Of a DNA stretch of 64,000 nucleotides, positions 23,936 through 36,300 are shown in pieces. A program made the position numbers and the translations under genes. The DNA comes from Trichoplax adhaerens (Eukaryota; Animalia; Placozoa): positions 1,222,287 through 1,286,286 of the forward strand of contig NW_002060955.1 in assembly GCF_000150275.1 (NCBI RefSeq), given 5' to 3'. Numbering within the stretch: the stretch's first letter is position 1; each line of letters starts with the position of its first letter. Under the pieces are notes generated by a model. It was not told the origin of the DNA, ran no database searches, and worked only from the letters and a program-made list of their open reading frames with translations.

Positions 23936-26900
23936 ATGGGCATTCGACTTAGTAGTAGCGAATATAAAAATTTCGAAGATGAAGCATCTTTAACAGCGGA
24001 TACTGCCTTACCAGATGAAGGTTCGGTGGTAAGTGTTGTCGTATTTTGCCAACTTATAAAATTCTACAGTATCGTAAAAATCTCCATTTTTATCTAAGCT
24101 CCATGTTGCCCAAGGCAATAAAACCAATATTGATCTAAAATAATCACCTACTGTATACCTATGATGTCGGCGATAGAAAGTTTTACCATTGCCTATGCCT
24201 ATTACCTCTTCTGTTGACTATAGCTGAAAGAGAGCGTGTGCAAGGAAAAGTTTATTCTCCTGACAACCTCATTATCCATTTTTTTTTTACTCTATTACGA
24301 TAATACTTTCTTTCTATCATGCGCTGACGGTAGTATGGCACTTAGCCGATAGGATAACAATTTACTTTATCTGCATCTAGGTTGATTTTAGATTGTAAAA
24401 TTCGTTAACGCTCATCATCAAGACGAATTACTTCACTCTTAATTCGATTACCACTTTAAATCATAAGCTAAGCCGGTCATGACAGTTCAGTAGTTTATTC
24501 TAGAATCAGTAGTTAGGTTTCTTTTTCATTTTATGCCTGTAACTTTCCTTTTGTCACGGGACATTCAATTAAAGGTGACTTTAAAGTTTGCTTTATACCA
24601 GATGTATCATAGTTTAATCCCTATTTGTAATTAAATTCATAAATCAGCTAATGATACAAAGACATGGTATGATCCAAGTCAATTGATTAATACTAGTCAA
24701 ATTAAACAGCAGAAATAACCATGATTGAATGCACAGTAGACGATAATTAACGTCCAAATAGTCATTAATTTTATGTTGATAATCATAAATAGAATATTTT
24801 CCCATTTCTATCTTTGTACTTTACTGTGATGTCCATTCTATGACATCCAAGTTATAATAGAGGGTATCTGTGGCTTGAATCTGATTTCCTTTGCTTCGAG
24901 CGATCATTTGAGGGAAGCAACGTTAAGATTAAAATTCCCACTACCAAAAACAAATTGGCTATCAAAAATTAGGAAGGATTACCAGCCCTTCGCTATTCCC
25001 TCCATTCTCAGACTTGATGATACTAAGTAGTACAGCATACGTCGTACAAGTTACTAAAGTAAATGTTAAAAGATACACTTAGGACGATCAAAGAAAGAAT
25101 TCCTCTTGCTATTTCAATTTCTTGTGGTATCAATCGCATTAATGTTCCATTAGACGAAGTTCCGAAATTTTTAGTGATGTCTGGATATCACTAGAAATTG
25201 TATACATCGATGAAAATAATTAATACGGATTTGATTCAAGTCTGTCAAAGGTTCCATATAAGATCAGCTTTAGTCCATTCTTTGAACGAATGATCTTAGA
25301 AATCAGCAGAAGTTGTGTACCTAGGTGAAAATGGTTTCGATCTAAGCCTGTCAAAGGGTTCTGTAAAAGATAATTTTAAATCTATTTTTCGACGAATCAT
25401 ATCCAGATATTACTAGACATTGCATACCTTGGTGAAAATGGTTAACATGGATTCGACATGAGAAGTCTGTCAAAGGTTCGATATAAAATCCGCTTGAATC
25501 CATTTTTAAATAAGTGATATCCACATAGGGCTAGAAACTGTATACCTCAGTAAAAATAATTAACTTTGATCCGATACAAAATCGATTTGAATCCATTAGT
25601 AAACGATTGATATCTAGAAATCACTAGGAGTTGCACACTTAGGTGAAAATGAATTCGATCCAACTCTGTCAAAGGCTTCATACAAGATCATTTAAAGTCC
25701 ATTTTTAGAACGAGTGATATCTAGACATTACTAGAAATTGTATACCTTGGTAAAAACGGTTAGCATGGATTCCACTTAAGCATGTTAAAGGTTCGATGCA
25801 AAATTATTTTGAATCGACAGTATTTTTAAAGGAGTAATATCAAAGTATAACTAGAAATTGTGCACCTTAGTTAAATTGATTACGTATTGATTGAATGGAA
25901 GCCCTTCAAAGGTTCGGTGTAAAATCAGTTCTAATCCATTTTTAACCACTATTTCGCTTGGGTTTTGATTTCGTTCCAGTTGTAGTTAGATGAAGATTTC
26001 CTTCATCTAACGCTTAGTCTAAAGCAAAATTAGAATAATGTACATGATTTCAATATATCAACCTTCCAATTTTTTCTTAACCTAGACGTATATAAAATCT
26101 CAGCTAGAACGGTGGCTTTCTTTACCATCATATGCTAGATTATACATCGGAAGCCTTTCTTGATGCAGTACATTATTACCGCTATTGACTTTTTCAGGAT
26201 GTCAGTAATACCTAAATTAAATTTCTCTTACGCAAATGTCTTTTTTTATTATATAATATGGCAACCATGTACAATCTTGGGCCATTAATCTGGTAATATT
26301 GATAAATATTGTATCAATTAAATAAAAAATTGGCCTACTATAAACTTATCCGACTACCTACCGCCGTTTTAATACGCATAAGAAGGAGTTAAGATACTTT
26401 CTGCATAATTTTCTGCCTTTACAATAGTTTTTAACTGGTCTATATCTACCCGGAATCTTTCACAACTTGTAATTTCATCCTCTAGCTACCTTAATCTAAT
26501 ATCACATTAGCTGAAAGTGCCATAATGATATTGTATCGCCTTGTATCCACTACTATAAGTGATGCTCAATATTCTTGCAGAAAACATTTACATTAAGTGT
26601 TTTGACTGCAGTATTTTATTCTAGATATTCTTCTTTAGGCCTAATTCCGTATCAACTATCGTATTTTATCCAGTATGAAAAGGCAGCGCACAACGAAAAT
26701 GCTTTTTCCTTCATATCCTCTATGTCCTGCTCTTTCTCTAATAATATTCCATTTATTTTCATTTCACAATGGTGATCATAAATGATGTAGAATTGGATAG
26801 TATTGATAAACTTTATCATTCAATGAAGTTTAACCAGACAACAAAATAACGCCAACTCAGAACGTTTAAAAATCAATCCTGCCTAAATCTCTAAAAAGTA

Positions 26901-29900
26901 AAAATTTCTCATCAACAAATCTTAAAGTAACCGCTTAGAATCTATTATGGACCGAGCATTTTTAATAGATTTTATTTTACATCAACAAAATCTTCCCCGG
27001 ATATTCATCTTTGAAATGTTTTCCGCTTGCATGACAAATCAATAACTGAATCAAAGTTATATTTAATAAAGGGATGATTATCTTAATGGATTATCAAGTC
27101 ATCCATCTTATTGACTGCCGGTTAAATGACTTCTTTTTCCTTTTCTATCCCACTCCTATGACTTCTTTACTTAGCTCCATTGGATAGTTGGACTGTCATA
27201 CTATTTATTCCTGCCAGTTGTTGTAGCAGAGAGATAAAAAACAATCTCTCATATCAACAGACTTCATCTTAAGTGAGTTTTATCCGCCGCTCTGAACTAG
27301 AATTATGATTTCGATACCTTGAATTTTATTAAAAGAGAATATTCTATTTCAATTTCATCGATAACAAGCGTTGATAAGCTTAAGGAAATATAGTAACCTT
27401 CTTTTGCATCAACTAAAATCGTAACCAATTCGTGTGTGACATTAGTTGTCAGTATCACGGATTAGACTATTCTAAATTCATTTTTGGTTTTACTAGAAGT
27501 AGAAGCTTTAGAATCAAATATTTCAACCAACCCTTTACAAATCTACTTTGAGATTTCGTTGAATTTCTACGTTTCCTTTTCTATATTTTACCTTATTTTA
27601 ATATGATCCTGAAGTATAAATTGCTATAATCTGTTATAGGAAGATTCTTGTATAGTTAAACGTTTCTAATTTATCAACTTTGCTTTCAATACTTTTTGGA
27701 CAAGTGTTATAAAATGTGAAAAGCTGATGAAATATCAACTGATTCTCTTTTCTTTTCAAATGCTCCCAAACTTCTAAAATCTTTTAAGTATACTAGCTTT
27801 ACTTTTAAACTATCATCAATCACAAAATTTTCTTTAAAATTGATTTAGATATTTCACTAGAAGTTTCTACTTTAGCTTTACTTTCAAGCTACGATCAATC
27901 GTAAAATTCATTGCAAACATTTTTTTTCGATATCTCGCTTAAAATTTATATACTAGCTTTACTTTCAAGCTACTATCAATCATGAAATTCAGCACTAAAG
28001 TCCATTTATATATTTCCCTAGAAATTTCTACATCTAGTTTACTATCAAACCATTGTGTTTCATAAAATTTTTCATTAATATCAATTTCAATATTTCACCA
28101 GAAATTTCTACATTTGCTTTACTTTTAAACTACTATAAAACATGAAATTCTTCACTAAAATCGATTCTGATATTTCAAGAGTTTTCTAAAATTAGCTTTC
28201 AACCTACGCGTATATCACGCAAATTCTCAACTAAAATCCATGTCTTTTCCTTAAGTTAAATTACCAGCACACTTCTTTTTGCAGATCTGATAATTTTAAT
28301 TTATAAATTTAAGAGCAGTTACTCTCACAACTAGTTTACTCTACTGTTACCAAAAAGCTTTTCCTATCCATGAGTTAAATTCTCAACAAATTTTTTTGTG
28401 CATGGGTAGTAACTCACTTTATAGATTCAAGAGTAGTTGCTTTTTACATCTAGTTAACTATATATTTTGCCAAGTAACTCTATCTATGCAAATGTCTTGG
28501 TGCAAGTATATTAGTCCAGTTTATAGGTCCAAATGTAGCTGTTTTTTATATCTACGCTAATAAATTGCCAAGTAATTCTTCCTATACCAATATCTTGGTG
28601 CAAGTATAGTAATTCAGTTTATAGATCTAAAAGTAGTTACTATTTATAGCTATGCTTATGTTTTGCTAAACGTTCTCGCTTATAAACTCTTCTTATGCAT
28701 GTGTTCAATTGCCAACAAACTTCTTAGTGCAAGTATGGCAAATCAGCTATTAGATTCAAGAGTAGTTAGTTATTTCTCGCAGCGAGTTTACAACGCACTC
28801 TTGCCAGAAAACTCTTCCTATCAATGAGTTCAATTGCCAGAAAAACTTCCTTGTGTAAGTCTGGTAGTTCAGTTTATAAATTAAACAGTAGTTTCTTCAC
28901 TTAGCGAAAATAAAAAATTTCGTTCGCCATATTTAATATTGGTTCTGCTTCTCTAATAATACTAGAATTATCATTACTATTTTCTCCTTGGGTCAATGCA
29001 GCATTAGAGTATGCTAGACATTTTAATAGAGCTAATTTAAAATTTTGAAGGCAATGCTAGGGCCATTATGGACTAAAATTTATTTTAATGTAGTATTGAC
29101 AGTTGGCAAGACTACAAGATTAACATTCCCTCAGCTGATTATACACTACCATAAAAAGGGTCGGCCGTTTTGCTAAGTAGCAAAGGATAAACAAATAGTT
29201 TCTAAGTCACTATAAAATCATGTTTAGTTGCTTAAGGTGTTGAGCGAATGAAGGGTAATCAGCGAGGATAATAAATGAACACTGAAATATTTAAAAATCT
29301 GGAATATTGTATATGCTTAGACAATAATGTTAGCCAACTCAACTATACTAATTGGTGTTAACCTGAACGATGAGATTGGATTATGTTTGTAGTCAGGGAG
29401 ATAGAAACATTTTCATCTGCCCTATCAATTGGCATAAGTTGACTAATTTATTTGTTAGCTCTAAGGTTTGGATCAATAAATATAAATCATTTACCTTTTA
29501 AGACCTAATAAAAATTTTTGAGAAACAAATTACTAGCAGTAGATGAGAATAATTTTACCAATTTTACAAGATTTTACTGCAACGATTGAATTAATTGCTA
29601 TCATAACCATTCGCTTTTGTGCGTTTATTTATTCTAGAACGATCTTGTAGAAAGTAAACGTTTAAATGCTTTAGTGCTACCCTCTAATTTATCCATCGTT
29701 CGAAAACGTGCTATTATAGCCGTCATGGGATCAATTGTTGCCGACGCTGCAGGTGATGTATTTTATTTCTTATGATAATAATTAATTAATAATTTAACGT
29801 TCATAGCAATTATAATCAATAGATTTTAAAAGAATAACAAATACTGTAATAAATATAGCATCGATAGAGCGGTAGGTATTGTACCGATATCAATGATAGA

Positions 29901-31953
29901 AAACGAAAAACATATCGAATTAGAAGCGATATTATATTTATAAATTGACCACCGGTACTTATCATAAATAGACATACAAATGATAGCTATTACTATTATT
30001 TATATTATGATGACTATACAAATTTTAACTACGCAAAATATCCAAAAGTCTTTGTTACAACTAAGCTAAATTAGATTCTATTTATCTGATTACTTTGTCG
30101 TAAACATCTTCTTATTTCGACCTAAAGGTTACAGTGCATGAAAGATTGATACTTTGAATTGAAAATCGTCTATGCCTATATACAATCTGATAAACTATTA
30201 AGCAATCTATTTGTTATCCAATCCATTGACAATCGAAAACTATTTCATAACTTGAGCCTCATTATTTCATCTTTTTTACTTTAGCTCAACCATTACATTA
30301 CATAGCCGATAGCGATAGTATACATAAAATATTAGAACAAAACAATGCCGTTGATCCAGAATTTTTGCCAGTTTCCGCAAATCCACGTTATAAAATTGAT
30401 ACCGGCCAACAAAGTTGCTATGGTGATCAACTCATGGTCTTTATGGATTCTTTAGCAAACCATGGTGGTACGTAATCTGCATTATTATTTATTTATACCT
30501 AGTTAAACAGACTCATAGGCAGCTGTTAGGGTTCTTATGAATGTTATAATTACATTTGAAAGTAAACCACATGATCAATAACTAAATATAATTGCTATAG
30601 CATCCAGCTTATTCAACCCAATATCCATAATCATACAATCACTAATTGATATACGCACATCAAAACATAATTTACAGGCATCATTGATGTTAAAGATTTA
30701 ATTAGAAGAATAGTACGTTATTTTGGTCCAAATTCTGAATATGAACCAAAAGATCCAACGGAAAGGCCACTACCATGTCCACTTCGTACCAGTGCCATAA
30801 GTGATATTATATCGAACTCGTTGAGATACGGCTTAGATGGTCAAAATCTTGGCCCAACAGATGATTATAATGCAGATTGTTTATGTAAGTTAGCTCCCGT
30901 TGTAGGCATGTTCGCTGGCCAGCGTAATATGTTGGCATCGGTTGAAAAAGTGGCTAGAATAACACAAAACAACACCAAGAGTTTGGCGATTTGTTTAGCT
31001 GCGGCACGAATATTAGAACATTACTTGTTAAAAGGGTATGATAAAGACGTATTTACAATTGTACAAAATGAATTAAAAAATCCACAACGAACCTTACCGA
31101 CTGATGAAGATCGTAATGTCGCCGATATGATTCAGAGCATTGTGGATATGAAATCTAGATCACATGTAAATGTTGTTTCTCATGTTGGACATAGTAGTGG
31201 TAAGTTAAAGTCTGCTATTAGATAGAACTAGCATTAGTCATAAGATAAATCTATTTTGTAGTGCGAGCAAGAAAACTTTCATATTCTATCACATCTGTAT
31301 TTGAATTACTTTAACAGTACAGTTTTAGAATTTATGAAGAAAATCGAACAGGGCATGAAATGTGCATAATGATCTTTCTATTGCTTTCTTGATGACATTA
31401 TAAGTATTATCACTGAATGATTTCTATACTGACTAAATATCACTATATCACTGTAAACTACATTAATATATCTCATTCGTTCTACTCTAGTACTTTCGGT
31501 AGCGTATGATGTTAATTATAACTGGATGGCATGGAAATATGCTTTAAGTCATATAGTACCATAAATTATAATGCTATGATCAGAATATCCTGTGAAACTT
31601 CATGATGTGTTTACGAGATAAAATGCTTGGAAGCAATGATAATTATTTATATTTCTTAAGCTATTTTTCATTGTATGTACGAGTATACTGAAATCTTTCT
31701 CATTTTTATAGCCATTGCTGAAGTCTTCCAATGCTCTTTACATGTATTACTCACTGCTAAATCTTATATCGATGGTGTTCGCAATACGCTGATTGCTGGT
31801 GGCTGTAACTGTAGCCGTGCAACATTCATAGGAGCCTGCTTAGCAGCTCAGTTTGGCATTGATGCAATACCAATGCAATGGATAAGAAAAACAAATTCAT
31901 CATCGTACGCTTTCGAATTGGCTAAAAAATTAATGAAAATCCAAACCAATTAA
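23936..31953 (+). CDS. selenoj: crystallin J1 / selenoprotein J-family ADP-ribosylglycohydrolase (non-Sec); probable first exon 23936-24028
   Basis: Firm exons 29638-29752, 30285-30467, 30678-31199, 31712-31953: RAIIAVMGSIVADAAAQPLH, DPEFLPVSANPRY..DTGQQSCYGDQ, FGPNSEY, LCKLAPVVGMFAG, AARILEHYLLKG, FQCSLH, VRNTLIAGGCNCSRATFIGACLAAQFGIDAIP..W. Exon 29638 is phase 0 and has no ATG before the conserved region begins; the nearest strong phase-0 ATG exon is 23936-24028 (link inferred). Confidence 0.85.
25173..25947. repeat. degenerate tandem array I, 7 units of about 95-120 bp
   Basis: Recurring GTGATATCTAGA..TCACTAGAAATTGTATACCT..GGTGAAAATGG...CTGTCAAAGGTTC...AAATC...AATCCATTTT. Confidence 0.85.
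25985..26011. other. perfect 11-bp stem-loop
   Basis: GTTAGATGAAG-ATTTC-CTTCATCTAAC. Confidence 0.7.
26230..27790 (-). pseudogene. decayed, apparently intronless ORF of unknown family
   Basis: Protein-like stretches broken by stops and frameshifts, e.g. ILEVWEHLKRKENQLIFHQLFTFYNTCPK; ICKGLVEIFDSK...ELVTILVDAKEGYYISLSL; GILLEKEQDIEDMKEKAFSLCAAFSYWIKY; LEDEITSCERFRVDIDQLKTIVKAENYAESIL. Confidence 0.35.
27791..28240. repeat. degenerate tandem array II, about 80-bp unit, about 6 copies
   Basis: GCTTTACT-like cores at about 27796, 27875, 27956, 28037, 28116, 28195. Confidence 0.85.
28262..28893. repeat. degenerate tandem array III, about 100-130-bp unit, about 6 copies
   Basis: GTGCAAGTAT..TAATTCAGTTTATAGATTCAAGAGTAGTT cores at about 28301, 28419, 28521, 28619, 28750, 28874. 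Confidence 0.8.
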
Positions 31954-33376
31954 AGAATTGACATTAATTTTGACTAAGCAAGCGATTTTTTTTACGCGGC
32001 AATTTTCAATATAAGCAACAGTAGGACAACGTTGATTAACAACTAATACAATAAATGTGTTAGAATCTAGATATTAATTTTTAACTACAATATCATCTTA
32101 TCTATTAGTTTACTTTATTAAATAACCCCATTTGGAAAATATCATTGTCTGTTTATGGCTTAAAATACGGTTAAAAACTTGACTGATACCTAGATTGCGA
32201 TCACTTTTTCGTGTACGTAAGCGAATTTTGTAATAGCTGCTATCATTGTAGCCAAATTTTAAGTATTGATTTTTATGACATCGCTATTAACATGCTAAGC
32301 TAAATGCAGCGTTAAGAATAATATATTTGTGACATTCTCCATTATCGAGCCAAATGATGATGAAAAATAATAATTTAAAATGAAAATTGACAAACGCAAG
32401 CCAGTAATAATAGGTTTTATTGAAAGATACGATAATTCTCTCCAGTATCTATTCTAATTGATCAATTACAACTATGTGTCCCGTGATAACATTAATAGGA
32501 TCATAAAACAACTTTACAGTATGAACTGTCCTAACACCAAGGTAATAGAAAGACTTACATGTGACTGTGTGACCATAATACTTTAGAAACTTGACTATTC
32601 TATTCATAATTAGCTTTGTATCATGTAATCAAATAAAATAACATATTAAGGTTAATTGCTACAAGACGGCCAAATACTATATAGAATGGTTTAAAATCAA
32701 CAGGTTATCTAGACGTATTTCTTTATACAAATGTATTACGCAGTATTTCACTTAATGCAGAAGTTCGTATGATTTTATAACTGCGAAATAATCAGATCAT
32801 CGCTACACAAAGTAAAAATATCCATCGTCTACTATACATTTGATAATCAATTTGTAATAGTCCATGTAAGTACAAGAAAAATCAAGAAAACGTGCGATAA
32901 ATAACCACAATAGTATTCAATATAATATCATTTGCAATTCAGAGTTTGCAAATTGTTATCATAGTCGGCAGACTAAATGCCGCATTTCATTAAAAAATTG
33001 TCACTTTCGTAAGAACATATTTTTAAATCATAACTGTTCTCTTAAAATGGTTACAAAAATTGGTTCCTGTCAGAAAAGTTGATAGATATATTAAAATGAG
33101 CAAAAGAAAAAGAGATACATACAAAGACCAAAACATAATCTTTCACTGACTAAATAACGACACATCAAATATTACGTACACAACGTACTATGTTACGGCT
33201 GTGATAGCAGTCAAATTAATACGAGAATTCGTTTGAGAAATAAAGTTATGCTGACGAGAAGTCGTAACAAAAATTGCTTCAATGAGTATGTGTATATCAT
33301 ACAAGCCGCAGTCTAGGCTTTTATATCGTACTCAATAAGCTACTTTCATTATATATACACGAGTAAATTTCTTTTG

Positions 33377-36300
33377 CTAGTTAATAATTTCAACGTAATT
33401 TTCAGGTATTAATCCAGTTTCATCGTTAATCGTTCCATAAAGCCATCCCGGCTCTTCCGATTCGCGTACTAATTGTCAACATAGGCAAAATAAGTAGAAA
33501 GTTATAAAACTTCAAATACAGCTATGTACCAGTAGATGAGATACTTGCTGAACCGAAGGAGTTGTGTACATGGATATCTCTCTGTTTACCGTTATGAATC
33601 ACTTGATTGGCTTCAAAGGATAACTCTTTGTCATATTCTCCTTTACACTGGTATAAAGTTCTAGCAACTCTGTATTCCACACGTAATTGCAAAATTAATT
33701 TTTTTGCATTATTTATGCCTCAGAATCATTAATTAATCTAATGTATGCTCGTACGTTGTCAGTATAATCGTATAATCTCAGTTATACTTGATTAATTTTG
33801 GGCGAAAGAGCTTGAGAATTGACAAGAAATGCTACATTAAGACATTTTGTTATCCGTATACTTACTTAAATCCTAATTTTTGACCAGAAGGCTGCAACGA
33901 TGGTGGTTGTGATGTTGATGGACTCTGTCTCTGACCAGTAATGTTTCCTTGTCCCTGATGTTCAAATCTAAAAGAAACGACATTGTATGAGACATATACC
34001 CATGAGTCGAATTATGTAACACTTATCTAAAATAGTAGAGTTATATGAAATATTATTTTATCGCAGTTATAGTATCATTCGTACTGAGCTACTAGGGGAG
34101 TACCACCAGTGTTTGGAGAGGGCTTCCTACTAATGGCTTGAATAAGTAACGGAAGAAAGAACAACAAATACATACGAATCATCATGTGTTATCAATAATC
34201 AAGTTGTACACGTCTTTAAAGTATTAAACTAATCTATCTCTTAGAGCTGTAGAGAAGAAATCATTTTAATGTCTATACTAGTTCATATGTAAATCACTTT
34301 ATGAATCCATACCAGCGCGCCGCGCTCCAATATTTGGGCTGCTATGTTGTTTTATAGGCGGTATTACCTCTTTCCGTCTCCCAACAGGTGTACTAGCTTT
34401 TCTATTTTTAGCTATATCATCCGGTCTTGCAGTAACAGAAAGTGAACTAGGCTTTCTAGAAACAGAGTTATCCTCCGATCGTTTGCCAAAGGTCGGGGTT
34501 AAACTAAATGGGCCTGCAAGAAGGACAATCCAGACTTACTTGATTTGTTTATAATGAATCAGTGAAAATATTCGTAAATCGAAAAAGTTTGCATCATCGA
34601 TTTCATTAATCAAGCAATGAAGTAGCAGTTTCATACCTTTCGCATTTGTTACATTCCTCTTAAATACCTATTTGACAAAAGTTTCGGAATAGTCACATTA
34701 TAGGTGCATACTATGATAAACGCTTCAATAGTCCTTTAGGATGATATTTTAGTGTCAAAATCATTTTTAACCTTATCAAAAGAAGAAACCATTATTTCCA
34801 CACAAACTCCTTGATACTTTATATCTACAATGGCAGCCATAGACTCCTCTTCCGGCCTCATTAGTGTTGGTCCGAAAACGACTCCCAGGTTACTAGCATA
34901 CATTTTGTTTACATCTGCTTCACCGGCAACGCTAAATGGTAAACATCAAATGTTACAGTTTTAGCAATAATCACTAACGTTAGAAAAATTTTTAGTAATT
35001 GATACTCACTTTTTAAGGTGAGCAACAACAATGTATAACATATTATAATTCAGCTCGGGTAGTTTTTCTACTGCCGCCCTTACGCCGTCAACTCTTTCTT
35101 CTAGCGTATCAGACTCTGCAATAATCGCAATTTCTGAAGTTTAGCCATAAAATATGTAACAATTCATTATACTAGTTTTTGCTACATCGATACATACTGC
35201 ATGCTTTGATAAAAGTTGAATGAAGCATATGCGTCGTTAAAGGTTCAGGCATACTCCTTTACAAAGTAGAAATACGTTTTATAATTTTTGGTAAAAGTAG
35301 AAATCAAATTCTATATAAAACAAATCCAAAACTAAATGTAAACAACAATCGGAAAACACTAATACTAATAGATTTAAATGTTCAGGTATTCTATAAATTC
35401 ACCTTAAGTACTTTTTTAGACTACTGGTAATTGTTGAAGTTGGGTATTCGGAATAATCAATGTCTCCCGAATGATTACCCTCTAAAAATTTTGACATTGA
35501 TTCCTTAGTAAAACTAATTCGCCACGTACAAACAATAAAAAAAAGTAAAGGGTATCATCAAAGATAGTATGCTAACCTATCCATGCTTGCAGCAAAGCCT
35601 TAACTTTAATTGTAGATCCTACAAGACGGTATAATCCCTGTTCTCCTAATCCTAATAGACATCAATAGGAATGCTTATAAAGTAAATTTCTGTCGAAAAT
35701 AGCACATTACCTAATGACGATAGTATTTCTAGTCTATTTTACCTCGTTTTTCAACTTCCTCAATACACCTCTCGACAAAAGCAAAACCATTTTCATTCAG
35801 TTCTAAGCATTTACGATACAAATTCTGGTGTTAGCTACTCTTACGATAGAGCTTATTGATCAGCTAATAAATTTGAAAATGCGCAATTACCGTAACCTAC
35901 TGTCTTTCTCTGAGGTTTGACTTCAGAATAAACCTTTTTATAATTAAGTTAATTAAGGTTAGCTTTGGTAATCATAATAATTATGACTGATCAAAACTTT
36001 TAGCGATAAATCCAAAAGCCTATATTAGATACCGGTTCTGCACCATCCATTGCTTCAAGCCAAGATCTTCTATCATCTTCGCCCAAACATTGAAATGTAT
36101 GATTGACAATTCTATAGCAATTATAATAATTAAAATACGATAATTAGGATCGAATTGAGCTCATCATTAGCTCAAAAGTTAAGGTATCGTCATATCAATT
36201 GCTAATAGGTATTTATAACTAACTTCGTTTCTTGCTTAAATGTAATATCAAAGCAATAACGTTTCTCGATAGAATCCGTCTTTCGCCTGTGAGATAAGAG

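Noticed and set aside
24830-25031. Open plus-strand frame of about 66 codons (YDIQVIIEGICGLNLISF...)
   Set aside because: No ATG, no convincing splice pair in phase with the flanking exons, and no recognisable motif.
25173-28893. CRISPR-like array, or TPR/LRR-coding repeats
   Set aside because: Whole units are homologous (no unique spacers), periods are variable and not multiples of 3, frames are closed, and the context is eukaryotic.
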